From Gammaproteobacteria bacterium (GTDB lineage: Bacteria; Pseudomonadota; Gammaproteobacteria; Steroidobacterales; Rariloculaceae): a stretch of 64,000 nt of DNA. A program made the translations under genes and the position numbers. The stretch covers positions 6,034-70,033 of the forward strand of contig JAJDWR010000036.1 of the NCBI GenBank assembly GCA_022825505.1, written 5' to 3'. The notes below the pieces were generated by a model. The model was given only the letters and a program-made list of their open reading frames with translations, did no database searches and had not been told where the DNA came from. This document shows, one piece after another, positions 25,927 to 36,294 of this stretch (position 1 is its first letter; each line of letters begins with the position of its first letter).

Positions 25927-27252
25927 ATGAGTACGACGAGTGCCGGGGTGAGCTATGCCCTGGGTCAACAGAAGATGGCGCCGCTGCAGATCCGCGTCGT
26001 CATCATCTGCTGGATACTGAATACGCTGGACGGATTCGACCTGTTCGTCATCGCCTTCGCCGCCCCGGTGATACGCAACGAGTGGGGCGTGTCGCCGGAG
26101 CAACTGGGACTGCTTTTCAGTTCGGGTGTCGCAGGCATGACCGTGGCCTCGTTCCTGTTGGCGCCGCTGGCGGATGTTTTCGGACGGCGCAACACGGTAC
26201 TGGCCTTTCTCGCGCTGATTACTGCCGGCCTTTTCCTGACGGCGGTGGCGCCGTCGCTGAACACGGTGATCGCCGCCCGATTCGTCACGGGCCTGGGAAT
26301 CGGGGCGATCCTCGCGAGCCTGAATACCATGGTCGCCGAGTATTCGTCCGAGGAGCGGCGCAACTTCGCCTTGAGCTTCATGCATTTCGGATTCCCGGCC
26401 GGCATCATCATTGCAGGCCTTGTTGCCGTCGGCGTCATCGGCGCGTACGGCTGGCGTTCCATCTTCGTGGTTGCGGGAACGGCGTCGGCGATCATGATTC
26501 CCATCGTCTAGGTGGGTCTCCCGGAATCGGTGGACTTTCTCCTCAGCAAGCAGCCGCGAAACGCATTGGAACGGGCCAACCGGATACTGACCCGGATCGG
26601 CCGCCCCGCGCTCACGGCTCTGCCGGAAAGACCCGAGGCCGAAGAGAAGGTCCGGTTCACCCAGGTATTCGCAGCCGAGACCCGAATCTCGACGTTCGCG
26701 ATCTGGGGCGGCTTCTTCTGCGCGTTCGGAACCCTGTTCTTCTTCCAGAGCTGGCTGCCCACAATCATCACCGGCGCGGGACTGGCACTTGCCGAAGGCT
26801 TCTCCGTGAATGTCCTGTTCGGCGTCGGCGGGGGCGTGGGAATGCTTCTGCTGGGTTATTTCTCCACTCAGCTTGGCCTGCTGAGGGTGATCAAGTGGTA
26901 TTTCTTCGGCTGCATGCTGGCCATCGTCCTGCTGTCGTTCGCCGGAACCCAGCTCAGCCTGATCATCGTGCTGGCCACGGCGATCGGCTTCTTCGTCTAC
27001 GGCTGCATCGCGGGACTCTTCGCCACCGCCGCGCGCATCTACCCGGCCCATGTCCGCACTACCGGCGTGGGCTGGGCCATCGGCATCGGCCGCATCGGAT
27101 CGACGGTCAGCCCTGCGTTCGCGGGATTTCTGTTTGCGGCGGGTTGGGCGACCAGTGGGGTCTACTGGATATACGCGGCGCCGCAGGTGATCGGACTGTT
27201 GTTGATGCTGCTGATCGTGTTGCCCGGCGTTACGAAGGAAGGCGTCTCGTAA
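25927..27252 (+). pseudogene. MFS transporter (aromatic-acid/H+ symporter-like) interrupted by one in-frame TAG at 26509..26511
   Basis: The two track ORFs (25927..26511, 26512..27252) are in the same frame. Read-through gives ...IMIPIV*VGLPESVDFLL..., the conserved LPES loop after TM6 of a single 12-TM MFS protein. Confidence 0.75.
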
Positions 27253-27258
27253 GGTAAC

Positions 27259-29619
27259 TCAATTCCCGGCGCGGGCTCGCGAGATCAATTCCCATACCCT
27301 GGCTGACGTTGCAGGCATGGGCACTTCCTCGATTCCCAGGGGCGCCAGCGCATCGTGCAGGGCATTGAAAAAGGCGCCCAGCGCCGGGGTGGTGCCGCCC
27401 TCGCCTCCGCCCTTCACGCCGAGCGGATTGCTCGCGGCCGCCGTGGGGTTGGATCCGAGATCGAAACTGGGCAGATCGTCTGCCCGGGGCAGGCAGTAGT
27501 CCATAAAGCTACCCGAGAGAATCTGGGCGCCGGACTCCTCGTAGACAAAGTCCTCGCAAATTGCCTGGCCGATGCCCTGTGCGATACCGCCGTGGCCCTG
27601 CCCTTCCACGATCATCGGGTTGATTTCCAGGCCCGCGTCATGGATGAGCGAGTGGCGCACCAGGTCGACCTCGCCGGTTTCCGGGTCCACCTCAACTTCC
27701 GAGCAGGCGCAACCGTTCGGGAACGCAGGCAAGCGATCGTGAATGACCTCCCTGACGGTCAGCTTTGCGGACTCATGTCCGGGCACTTCTCCCGCCTCAA
27801 GCAGCGTCGCGAGTTCGAACAGGCTCACGCTCCCTGATTGCCCCCCGACAAAGTTCCCGTCCACGAAAGACACGTCCTCTTGCGGGACTTCAAGAACCCG
27901 GGAAGCGAACGCCGTGGCCCGGGCTGCGAGCGATGCCGCGGCTTCGACCATGAGCGTCCCCACCAGCCGCATGGAGCGGTCCGAGTGGGCTCCGCCGCCC
28001 AACCCGGTCAGGTCGGTGTCCCCCGTCAGGAGACAGACGCAGCTCAGCGGGACCCCCAACCGGTCCGCCAGAACCTGTGCGAAGACCGTCTCGTGGCCCA
28101 TGCCCATCGACTGCGTGCCCACGGTCAGTTCCACTCGACCGTCGCCGGTCACCGTCAAGGACGCGGTTTCGTGGGGGAATCCGACCGGTATCTCCATGAA
28201 ATTGGCGAGCCCGATGCCGCGCAGGCGCCCGGCGGACTCCGACCGCGCGCGGCGTTGATCGAATCCCTTCCAGTCGGACATTTCCATGACCATGTCCATG
28301 TTCGTTTCGAACTCGCCGGAGTCGATGCTGAGCCCGGTCCGACCGTCGTAGGGCAATGCGTCAACCGGAATCAGATTGCGCCGCCGCAGTTCGATTCGGT
28401 CGACTCCCTGCTCCCGTGCATAGATATCCAGCAGACGTTCGAACGCGCAAATCATTTCGGGTCGGCCCGCGCCCCGATAGGGTCCGGTTGGGACCGTGTT
28501 GGTCAGCACACCGCGAACGCGGGCACGGGCCACCGGCGTGCGGTACACGGTTGTGCATAGCCGCGCGACGTTCTGCACGGGCGCATAGGAAACCGGCGCA
28601 GCGCCGATATTGGCCAGAAAGTCCATCTTGACCCCAGCCAATCGGTGCCGGTCGTCAAAGGCGAGCGCGAGCATGAGGATATTGTCGCGGCCTTGAGTGT
28701 CGCTCAGGAATGCTTCGCCGCGGGTCGAGGTCCATTTGACCGGACGTCCCGTGTGGCGGGCCGCCCAGGTCAGCAGGGCGAAGTCCGGGTAGAGGAAATT
28801 GCGTGGGCCAAACCCGCCGCCAACGTCCTCGGAGACGACCCTGACCTTGTCGGCGGGTACGCCGAACACCCTCATCAGGCCGTTCTTGAGCCGTATGGAC
28901 CCCTGGCTGCCGGCATAGAGGAAATATCGGCCGGTTTCCGCGTCGTAGTCGCCGACACCGCCCCTGGGTTCCATCTGGCAACCCGCGACGCGGTTGTTCG
29001 TGAACGATCGCTCAATGACGTGCGCCGCCTTCGCGAACGCGGCTTCAACGTCGGACTCCTCGTCCCACATGAGCGTGTCGAGGCACACGTTCCCGGGTGC
29101 CCCCTCCCAGATTCCGCATGCCCCTTGTGCGAGCGCAGAATCGATGGTCGAGGCTGCCGGCAATTCGTCGTAGTCGATCCATACCTGCTCGACGGCGTCC
29201 CTTGCCGCCTCAACTGTCTCCGCCACGACAATCGCGACCGGTTCGCCCACGTGCCTCACCTTGCCCGTCGCAATCACCGGCTGCCCGTCGTCGAAAACGA
29301 AGCCGCCGCGGTCGGCAAATGTCTTGGTTTCGGGATCACAGCCGTCGGCCGGATCGGCGACATGAAAGATGTTTCCGTGGCCGTCCGCCAACCACTCCTT
29401 TCCGGTAAGAATCGCGACCACACCCGGCAGTTGAAGCGCGTCGGTCGTGTCGATCCCGCGTATTGCTGCGTGGGCGTACGGCGAGCGGACAAACTGCGCG
29501 AAGCACTGCCCTGGCCGATTGAAATCGTCGCTGAAGCGCCCCTTGCCGGTCAGCAGGCGCTCGTCTTCCAGCCGGGGGAGCCGTCGCCCGATCATCCTCG
29601 AGCTAGAATCTTCGCACAT
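27259..29619 (-). CDS. Xanthine dehydrogenase/aldehyde oxidase family molybdopterin-binding large subunit (CoxL-like)
   Basis: MIGRRLPRLEDERLLTGKGRFSDDF N-terminus, 786 aa, typical family layout. Confidence 0.9.
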   Translation of the reverse strand: MCEDSSSRMIGRRLPRLEDERLLTGKGRFSDDFNRPGQCFAQFVRSPYAHAAIRGIDTTDALQLPGVVAILTGKEWLADGHGNIFHVADPADGCDPETKTFADRGGFVFDDGQPVIATGKVRHVGEPVAIVVAETVEAARDAVEQVWIDYDELPAASTIDSALAQGACGIWEGAPGNVCLDTLMWDEESDVEAAFAKAAHVIERSFTNNRVAGCQMEPRGGVGDYDAETGRYFLYAGSQGSIRLKNGLMRVFGVPADKVRVVSEDVGGGFGPRNFLYPDFALLTWAARHTGRPVKWTSTRGEAFLSDTQGRDNILMLALAFDDRHRLAGVKMDFLANIGAAPVSYAPVQNVARLCTTVYRTPVARARVRGVLTNTVPTGPYRGAGRPEMICAFERLLDIYAREQGVDRIELRRRNLIPVDALPYDGRTGLSIDSGEFETNMDMVMEMSDWKGFDQRRARSESAGRLRGIGLANFMEIPVGFPHETASLTVTGDGRVELTVGTQSMGMGHETVFAQVLADRLGVPLSCVCLLTGDTDLTGLGGGAHSDRSMRLVGTLMVEAAASLAARATAFASRVLEVPQEDVSFVDGNFVGGQSGSVSLFELATLLEAGEVPGHESAKLTVREVIHDRLPAFPNGCACSEVEVDPETGEVDLVRHSLIHDAGLEINPMIVEGQGHGGIAQGIGQAICEDFVYEESGAQILSGSFMDYCLPRADDLPSFDLGSNPTAAASNPLGVKGGGEGGTTPALGAFFNALHDALAPLGIEEVPMPATSARVWELISRARAGN

Positions 29620-29661
29620 TAGTTCTTGTTTATCAGTTAGTTAAAAGTACTAACTACGACG

Positions 29662-31221
29662 TTACTTTAGATAATATCTGCCGCCCGGCCTGCGGTCCGC
29701 CAAACGGCCACTCTCGCGCAGTGCTTCCAGTTCAACAACGATTTCACGCCCGTCCTCGGATCCCAGGCTCTGCATCAGTTCCTCGAACAGCCTGGGCCCT
29801 TCCTGCAGGGCCGCTTCCACCGAGTCGAAGCGCGTCTCGGCGGGTGTCAGGTCCGGAGGCTCCGGCACCGCCCATTCGCTTGAACCGCGCCCGGAAAAGG
29901 GGATGGTCAGATCGAATCCGGCCTTCGCACTGACCCTTTCGTTCCCCATGGACGGATCCACGGGCGGAAGACGCATGCCCTTGAGTACCACGAGATCGCG
30001 GTCTGCCTGGAAGCGGGATGCCAGCGCCCAGTCCATCTGCGCATCGTCGAAGATATCGATGTCCTCGTCGACGACGAAGACGTGCTTGACGTTCATGAAG
30101 CTGCCCAGCACCGCTGCGATCGCATTGCGCGCATCGCCGGGCGAACGCTGCCGCAGGGCGACCCGCGCATTGAAGCAGCCGCCGCTGGATGTGGTTGCAT
30201 ACACGGCCACGGGATCGCGAACGGCCGTGGCCAGTGCGTTCCATAGCCCCAACTCGGCCTTCAGTGACACCAGTTGCGCCGTATCGGTACAACTCATGTG
30301 GCGGCCGGCGATGGACGTGGTCTGGAACAGTGCGTCCCTGCGCCGGGTAATCGCCGTCAGGTGGAAGACCGGGTTTCGCTTGACACCGCCGTAGTAGCCG
30401 AGGAACTCGCCGTACGGGCCCTCATCCTCCACGTGCCCTTCCGGACTCAGGTAGCCTTCCAGGACGCATTCGGCATCGGCGGGTACCAGCAGGTCGTTGG
30501 TGACGCACTTGACCACCGGCATGGGCGCACCCCGCAGTTTCGCCATCAACTCAAGTTCGTCGCCGGGCGCGCGCATCGCGCCGGTGAAGTGGTCGATGGG
30601 GTGAGCGCCCAGTACAAAGCACACGGGCAGCGGGCGGCCTGCCTGCACGGCATCCTCGTAGATGGCCTTGAGATCGCTGGGGGCGTTCAGGTCGACTCCG
30701 CAAGTGCGCCGACCGCGCAGCATCAGCCGCCGGCAGCCGACGTTGTACAGCCCGGTGGCCGGATCGACGACGACGTCGATCGGCGACGACAGGTAAGGTG
30801 CTCCGTCACCCCCGTGCTGGAAGGGTACCGGCAGTTGCGTCAGATCGGCCGCCTCGCCGGTCCGGACCTCTTCCTGAACCGGTGCATGGGCGGCGTCAAC
30901 CTCGACGAGAGTCTGATCGACCCGCAGCCGCGACCGAATCTCGTCCAGCAGATCTTCAAGACCCACGCCGAAAGCAATGGCGATGCGGGACCTGGACCCC
31001 ATGACATTGCCGACGACTTCGGCCTGTTCCGCGCCGACACGGGTAAACGAAACCGCCCTGGCGTTGCCTTCCATGCGTTCCGCGATGGCCGCCGGCTGGA
31101 TCGCCTCGGAAACGACTTCCAGTTCTCCGGCCTGCTGAAGCTCGGCAATGAAGCGCCGCAGCCGAAACGTCTCGGTGTCGGCTCCGGTGGCGGCGCGGAC
31201 GGTTTCTGCAGAAGTTGCCAT
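29662..31221 (-). CDS. UbiD-family (prFMN-dependent) decarboxylase
   Basis: 519 aa. FRLRRFIAELQQAGELEVV start and overall UbiD pattern. 3 nt downstream of the YciI-like gene. Confidence 0.8.
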   Translation of the reverse strand: MATSAETVRAATGADTETFRLRRFIAELQQAGELEVVSEAIQPAAIAERMEGNARAVSFTRVGAEQAEVVGNVMGSRSRIAIAFGVGLEDLLDEIRSRLRVDQTLVEVDAAHAPVQEEVRTGEAADLTQLPVPFQHGGDGAPYLSSPIDVVVDPATGLYNVGCRRLMLRGRRTCGVDLNAPSDLKAIYEDAVQAGRPLPVCFVLGAHPIDHFTGAMRAPGDELELMAKLRGAPMPVVKCVTNDLLVPADAECVLEGYLSPEGHVEDEGPYGEFLGYYGGVKRNPVFHLTAITRRRDALFQTTSIAGRHMSCTDTAQLVSLKAELGLWNALATAVRDPVAVYATTSSGGCFNARVALRQRSPGDARNAIAAVLGSFMNVKHVFVVDEDIDIFDDAQMDWALASRFQADRDLVVLKGMRLPPVDPSMGNERVSAKAGFDLTIPFSGRGSSEWAVPEPPDLTPAETRFDSVEAALQEGPRLFEELMQSLGSEDGREIVVELEALRESGRLADRRPGGRYYLK

Positions 31222-31224
31222 GCG

Positions 31225-31617
31225 TTACGAATCCCGGGTCCCGGTCAACGCCCGCACGGAGTCGACCAGAACACCCTCGTTGAGCGCGAAAGACCGGACG
31301 GTATTGGTGCGCCAGCCGGCCCTTTGCATGGGTTCGTCGGCGGCGATGGCCTGCGCCTCTTCAATGCTGTCCACATTCAGCAGCATCATGCCCTCCTGAC
31401 GGGGTGTTCCCTCTTCAAACGGCCCGGCGAGCAACAGCTTGTTCCGTTCCTCCAACTGCCACAGGTAGACGAACGCCTGCCGGCGCATCTCGTCCAGTTC
31501 CGGCGTTCCGCGCATCTCCAGCATCCTGCCGGTGGGCTTCATGAAAACGCCGTAGAGCCTGATCCCCGGCTGCCGGGTGCGAAGGATCTCTTCCAGGGGC
31601 GTATTCTTGTCAACCAT
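31225..31617 (-). CDS. YciI-like family protein
   Basis: ATG 31617 with AAGGGA upstream. ...FVYLWQLEERNKLLLAGPFEEG...MMLLNVDSIEEAQAIAADEPMQRAG. Confidence 0.55.
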   Translation of the reverse strand: MVDKNTPLEEILRTRQPGIRLYGVFMKPTGRMLEMRGTPELDEMRRQAFVYLWQLEERNKLLLAGPFEEGTPRQEGMMLLNVDSIEEAQAIAADEPMQRAGWRTNTVRSFALNEGVLVDSVRALTGTRDS

Positions 31618-31647
31618 CACTGAATTCCCTTGCAATCGGCGTCGCGC

Positions 31648-32661
31648 CTACGGCGTTTCCCCGGCGATGGTGCAGTTGTACGGTTTGATCTCTTCTCCCG
31701 GCACCCAGGCGTAACTGACGCTGCCCAGAAAGGCCGGTCCGATATAGGTTGCCGGATCCGTCGCGGTCGCCTCCCACGTCATCGCGGTGCTGTCCCCGCT
31801 GAAGGAAAAGCGCTCAACCAACGAATACGCGTCGCTCTTCGGCGTTCCGAATTCGTCCACGTACGGCCAGCTCATGTTCGTCGTTTCGACCACCAGGGTC
31901 TGGCCTTCCCAGCGTCCGAGCGAATGGCCCATGAGCGAATCGTCCGGGTCTTCGCCCGCCGTCCCGGACTCCATGTGAATCGTTCGCAGGCCGTCCCATT
32001 GCTCGATGCGCAAGAGGATTTGCCCATCACCTTCTTCGAATGCAATGGGAAACGGGGTATCCATAGCGACGGGCATACCCGGTGCGATGCAGCGTAGCGC
32101 CGGGTCGTCGGTGACCGGATCCCACGCCTCCACGGAAGCCAGCGCCGCCGCGGTCAGCGTACGCTCGGGACCGCGGTCGTTCGGACCGGGTACACGGGAC
32201 CAGACGCGGTAGATTCCATCGGGTTCGACCAACTCGATATCCGCGGCAACGGCGGACCCGCCGCCGGTTGGGGAAACCCTGTCCTCAAGACCCAGTCGCC
32301 CCGCAAAGCCCGGATCGATGAGAACCTCATCCCCGCCGGGCAGGATCATGTTGGTCGCGAGCACCTCGTTTCTTCCGAGCCGCGAAAACGCGCCGACAAA
32401 CCCCACACGCTCCCCAACGCTGACCGACTCGGCGAGCCCGAGACGCTGCAGGCGATTCACCGGCGCCGTCTCGATGTTCCAGACTTCCCCATCGTCCGTC
32501 CGAATCCTGAAGCCCGCGTGCGGGTTGATCCAGAACGTTTCCAGTATCTCGCCCGTTATCTCTCCGACGTTTTCCGTGTCGTAGAAGGCGCTGAATGCAT
32601 GATGCGCCGAGGCAGCGCCCGCAAAGAGGAAGATCACGGCAAGAATGCCCGGATGAATCAT
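31648..32661 (-). CDS. Secreted two-domain protein, DUF6152-like N-terminus (paralog of 23255..24298)
   Basis: Signal peptide ...AGAASA, then HHAFSAFYD...WINPHAGF. Collinear similarity to 23255..24298 over the whole length. Confidence 0.6.
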   Translation of the reverse strand: MIHPGILAVIFLFAGAASAHHAFSAFYDTENVGEITGEILETFWINPHAGFRIRTDDGEVWNIETAPVNRLQRLGLAESVSVGERVGFVGAFSRLGRNEVLATNMILPGGDEVLIDPGFAGRLGLEDRVSPTGGGSAVAADIELVEPDGIYRVWSRVPGPNDRGPERTLTAAALASVEAWDPVTDDPALRCIAPGMPVAMDTPFPIAFEEGDGQILLRIEQWDGLRTIHMESGTAGEDPDDSLMGHSLGRWEGQTLVVETTNMSWPYVDEFGTPKSDAYSLVERFSFSGDSTAMTWEATATDPATYIGPAFLGSVSYAWVPGEEIKPYNCTIAGETP

Positions 32662-32708
32662 GGATTGGTCTCCGTGGCCAATACGCTGGAGTTCCTTCCT
32701 CCCACCGT

Positions 32709-33137
32709 TCAGATCACCATCAGGGATTCGGCATTCGCGCGCCGTACTGCCGCAAGGGGAATGGACTTGTCGAGCGTGACCAACCGCGCCCCGTGTGCGA
32801 CTGCAAGTGCCAGGAGATAGACATCCGTCAAGTGCCGGGGGCTCAACAAGCGCTCGCGATCCACGGCGGAATCATCCAGCAAACTGATGTCGTCGGCAAT
32901 AAACTCGTGATGGCGCGTGGATACGGCCGATTGCAATCTGAGCACTATTTCGGAAACGCCCAAAGCGTTTGGATAACGCGGCTGCGACATGATTCGCACG
33001 CAGCCGTTCTGAGTGAGCGGGCAGGAGGCCCAGCCATGCTGAATGTTGCCGGCAAGCCAGTCCGACGCGGCTCCGTGATGCGTATGGTTTTCGTCCAGCA
33101 ACGCGATAAGGATATTGATGTCCAATAGTCCCCGCAC
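32709..33137 (-). CDS. vapC: Type II toxin, PIN-domain VapC family
   Basis: MRGLLDINILIALLDENHTHH... PIN acidic residues. 3 nt downstream of the antitoxin gene. Confidence 0.85.
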   Translation of the reverse strand: MRGLLDINILIALLDENHTHHGAASDWLAGNIQHGWASCPLTQNGCVRIMSQPRYPNALGVSEIVLRLQSAVSTRHHEFIADDISLLDDSAVDRERLLSPRHLTDVYLLALAVAHGARLVTLDKSIPLAAVRRANAESLMVI

Positions 33138-33140
33138 GAA

Positions 33141-33383
33141 TCAGATGGCCAATTCTTCGCGAAGCTCGTCGACAAGCTCGTTGGTTACCACCCGGCCTCC
33201 CGCGGGGATTGGCGCAAAGCCGTACTGGCCATGGGATTGCTTCACCGCCGCCTTGCTCAACCGGACATGCAGCGCTTCGCGAATCAACCCGGACGCGAAT
33301 TTTCCGGCAGTCTGTTGCTCCCGCTTCGCGAATTCCTTCACTGCGGCCAGAACATCGTCATCAATGTCGAGTGTGGTTCGCAT
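33141..33383 (-). CDS. Type II antitoxin, VapB-like
   Basis: MRTTLDIDDDVLAAVKEFAKREQQTAGKFASGLIREAL. 80 aa, upstream of the PIN toxin. Confidence 0.75.
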   Translation of the reverse strand: MRTTLDIDDDVLAAVKEFAKREQQTAGKFASGLIREALHVRLSKAAVKQSHGQYGFAPIPAGGRVVTNELVDELREELAI

Positions 33384-33502
33384 GTTCGATCCCTCCCTTG
33401 AACGCCAGCAATAGTAACCGACACTTCATCACGCATCAAACATCAGATGTGCCATGAATGAAGAACAGCTGCATCGCTGGCGACTGGAGTTGGTTTCGTA
33501 AT

Positions 33503-33958
33503 TCAGGATCGCAGTGCATCTACCGAAAGCATCGCCGTTTGGCTCCCAATTCTTTTTCTCAGCCTGGCCGGCAGATTACCTGACCGGAACCTGCCCCAGG
33601 CACTCAATCGCCTGCGTCCGGTAACCAGCAGGTCCGGACGCTCGCGGCGCACTTCCTTCAGAATCTCCGCAAACGGCTCTCCGTGTCTGACCTTGAACCC
33701 GGCCCGCAATCCTTCCGTACGGCAGATTCCGTCAAATTCCCTGTGCGCCTGGCCTGCCTGTTCCAGCAGGCAGGCATCGACATATTCCAGATACTGCCGC
33801 CGCCCCTGGGCATAAATCTCGTTGTAAAACTGTTTCAGCCAGGGGTCGACGACATGCAGGGCGGTAACGTCCGCCGACCGGGAAAGGCCCAGTGAAATTG
33901 CCCGTTCAATGGCGCCTCTGGTATGGGGTTCGCCATCTATGCAGACAAGAATCTTCAC
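33503..33958 (-). CDS. Universal stress protein (UspA family)
   Basis: MKILVCIDGEPHT...ALHVVDP...LLVTGRR pattern. Confidence 0.8.
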   Translation of the reverse strand: MKILVCIDGEPHTRGAIERAISLGLSRSADVTALHVVDPWLKQFYNEIYAQGRRQYLEYVDACLLEQAGQAHREFDGICRTEGLRAGFKVRHGEPFAEILKEVRRERPDLLVTGRRRLSAWGRFRSGNLPARLRKRIGSQTAMLSVDALRS

Positions 33959-33970
33959 GGCAAGGGTCCG

Positions 33971-35095
33971 TTAGCTGCCGGACACCCGCAACAATTGGCT
34001 ACCGATCGCGAACACCGCACCCAGGCCCAATATCATTTTCACCATGGACGCCGAAATGCCTATCCTGAAGGCCGCACCGCCCGCCTTCTTCATGTCCTCG
34101 ATGGAGATGGAAAGACCGATGCCGGCAAACCCGACGGCGAAGCACCACGTATAGGCCGAGTCCATGGCCCAGAACGGTGAACCGGCGATGCCGGGGCCTC
34201 CAAGGGCTCCGATACTCAGGCTGTTCAGAAGCACCAGCACAAAGAATCCGAGGATGAAAATGGGAAACTTGTCCTTCACCAACTGCCACTTGTTGATTTT
34301 CTGATCGGGTTCCTGCTTCCCGGTGCGCAGGATGTAGAACCAGAGGGCGAACAACACCACCAGCGGCAGGAACATGATGCGGGCCACGTTGATCAGCACC
34401 GCGGTATTCAGGGACTCGGGGCCGTACCATTCCGCCGCCGCCACCAGTTGCGCCGTGTTCAGGATCGCCACCGCGGACCAGGCGCCGAATTGCGACTCCG
34501 ACAGGCCGATGGCGGTTCCGATGTAGGGCATCGTGAACAGCATCAGGGTTCCGAACAGCAGCACCGTACCGATGGCATAGGCCATTTCCAGCGGCTTCGC
34601 CTTCACCACGGGCGAGGTGGCGATGATGGCGGAGACGCCGCAAATGCCGGTACCGGCGCCCATGATGCCGCCCAGCCCGTCCGAGACGCCCCGCCGCTTG
34701 CACCACCACATCACGACAATGGCGGTGCCGAAGATGAATACCACCGTCAGCGCCAGCCCCACGCCTCCTACCCTGACGACATCGGCCCAGACGTAGTGCA
34801 CGCCCAGGATGATGATGCCGGGCTTGATGATGGGTCGGGCAAGGCCGATCCCGGGAAGCAACGTCTTCGGAATCGGCAATGTGTTGCGTATCAGAATGCC
34901 TCCCAGCAGGAGAATGACCACATAGTTGAGCTGCGCGCTCTCCCAGAGAAAGGTGGCCCACGCCATGCCGGCCTCATGGTAATTGCGAATCAGGCGATCC
35001 AGGTTCCTGCCAATGAAGGCGAAGACCAGGCAAAACAGGAATCCCGGAACATACCTGCGCCAGTCCGGAACGATAAGGTACTTGAGTCTCTTCAC
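33971..35095 (-). CDS. YeiH/UPF0324 family putative sulfate exporter
   Basis: Polytopic membrane protein with the GAGTGICGVSAIIATSPVVKAKPLEMAYAIGTVLLFGT motif. Confidence 0.75.
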   Translation of the reverse strand: MKRLKYLIVPDWRRYVPGFLFCLVFAFIGRNLDRLIRNYHEAGMAWATFLWESAQLNYVVILLLGGILIRNTLPIPKTLLPGIGLARPIIKPGIIILGVHYVWADVVRVGGVGLALTVVFIFGTAIVVMWWCKRRGVSDGLGGIMGAGTGICGVSAIIATSPVVKAKPLEMAYAIGTVLLFGTLMLFTMPYIGTAIGLSESQFGAWSAVAILNTAQLVAAAEWYGPESLNTAVLINVARIMFLPLVVLFALWFYILRTGKQEPDQKINKWQLVKDKFPIFILGFFVLVLLNSLSIGALGGPGIAGSPFWAMDSAYTWCFAVGFAGIGLSISIEDMKKAGGAAFRIGISASMVKMILGLGAVFAIGSQLLRVSGS

Positions 35096-35150
35096 AACAT
35101 CCTCTATTTGACGATCGCTGACACGATGGAGTCAGGCAGCGTGCATGTGG

Positions 35151-35339
35151 TCAGAACAGATACAGCGTGGAACTGAAGAAATGACGGACCTGCTCGGGGA
35201 ACGCCACGCTGAGCAGGAGGATGGCCGCGGCGATCAGAAGCGCCCAGATATCCTCGCGCTTTTCGGAGGAAAACGCCTCCTCCGCAGCCTCCTGCAAGTC
35301 AAGACTCTGCTGTTTCTGCGATGCGTCGCGCTCGGCCAT
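35151..35339 (-). CDS. Possible small single-TM protein
   Basis: 62-aa ORF upstream of, and co-oriented with, the YeiH gene. One hydrophobic helix (IWALLIAAAILLLSVAF). No family recognised. Confidence 0.3.
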   Translation of the reverse strand: MAERDASQKQQSLDLQEAAEEAFSSEKREDIWALLIAAAILLLSVAFPEQVRHFFSSTLYLF

Positions 35340-35470
35340 GGCCTGCCTCTGTCGATAGTCCGAGCGACACTCTATCGCAAGGGAAAATCAATGCAAGTTG
35401 ATGGGACCGGGCGTTGACCGTCGCCCGAGCGGCGACTACCGTTTGCCGCCCATCCCGCCCGGTACGTGCC

Positions 35471-36127
35471 ATGTCCCGCATCCACTTGAGCCCCGTCGAG
35501 GCGCGCATTATCGGCTGCCTCATGGAAAAGGCGGTTGTGACGCCCGATCAGTGCCCGTTGACGCTGAATGCGCTGACGACAGCCTGCAACCAGAAGTCGA
35601 GCCGGGATCCCGTGATGACGCTGGAACGCGCTGCCGTCGAACGCGCCGCGCGGGACCTGAGCGAAAAATCGCTCGTCAAGCGCGACGAGAATTTCAGAAG
35701 CGGCGTCGTGAAGTACCAGCAGCGCCTGTGCAACACGATGCTCAGCGAACTGAAGTTCGCGGAGGACGAGTACGCGGTGATCTGCCTGCTGCTGCTGCGC
35801 GGCCCGCAGACCCCGGGCGAACTTCGGGCACGCAGCAAACGCCTGCACGTCTTCGCGGACAACGAGGCGGTCGCCGAAACGCTGCAGCGACTGATCGATG
35901 ACGGCGGTGAGCGGGGCGCTGTGGTCGCGAGGCTCGCGCGCGTTGCCGGACGCCGTGACCACCAGTACGCGCACCTGCTGTCCGGTATGATCGAATCCGT
36001 GCCGGCGGACGACGTGCCGGCCAGGGCAGAACCTCGGGGCACGCGGCTCTCCGAACTCGAACGGCGGGTCGCCGTGCTGGAACTCGAAGTGGCCGCGCTC
36101 AAGGGGCGGCTTTCCGACCCTGCGTAG
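35471..36127 (+). CDS. YceH (DUF480/UPF0502) family protein
   Basis: ATG 35471: MSRIHLSPVEARIIGCLMEKAVVTPDQCPLTLNALTTACNQKSSRDPVM. Confidence 0.8.
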   Translation: MSRIHLSPVEARIIGCLMEKAVVTPDQCPLTLNALTTACNQKSSRDPVMTLERAAVERAARDLSEKSLVKRDENFRSGVVKYQQRLCNTMLSELKFAEDEYAVICLLLLRGPQTPGELRARSKRLHVFADNEAVAETLQRLIDDGGERGAVVARLARVAGRRDHQYAHLLSGMIESVPADDVPARAEPRGTRLSELERRVAVLELEVAALKGRLSDPA

Positions 36128-36294
36128 CGCCGAAGTGCCCCCGGAGCGACTGGATGTAAGCTATACACGAACCACTTCGATCCCGATCAGGAGTGGATGA
36201 TCGAGGGATCGGTCGCGGAGTTCAGATTCATCAACCCTCCCGGTCCATATCGAAGGCATCAAACTGCCTTCCAGCCGAGCGACAGAAATCCGCA

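Noticed and set aside
26509-26511. In-frame TAG as programmed recoding (pyrrolysine or read-through)
   Set aside because: There are no pyl genes or recoding signals in the window, and nothing else suggests amber reassignment. A nonsense mutation or sequence error is simpler.
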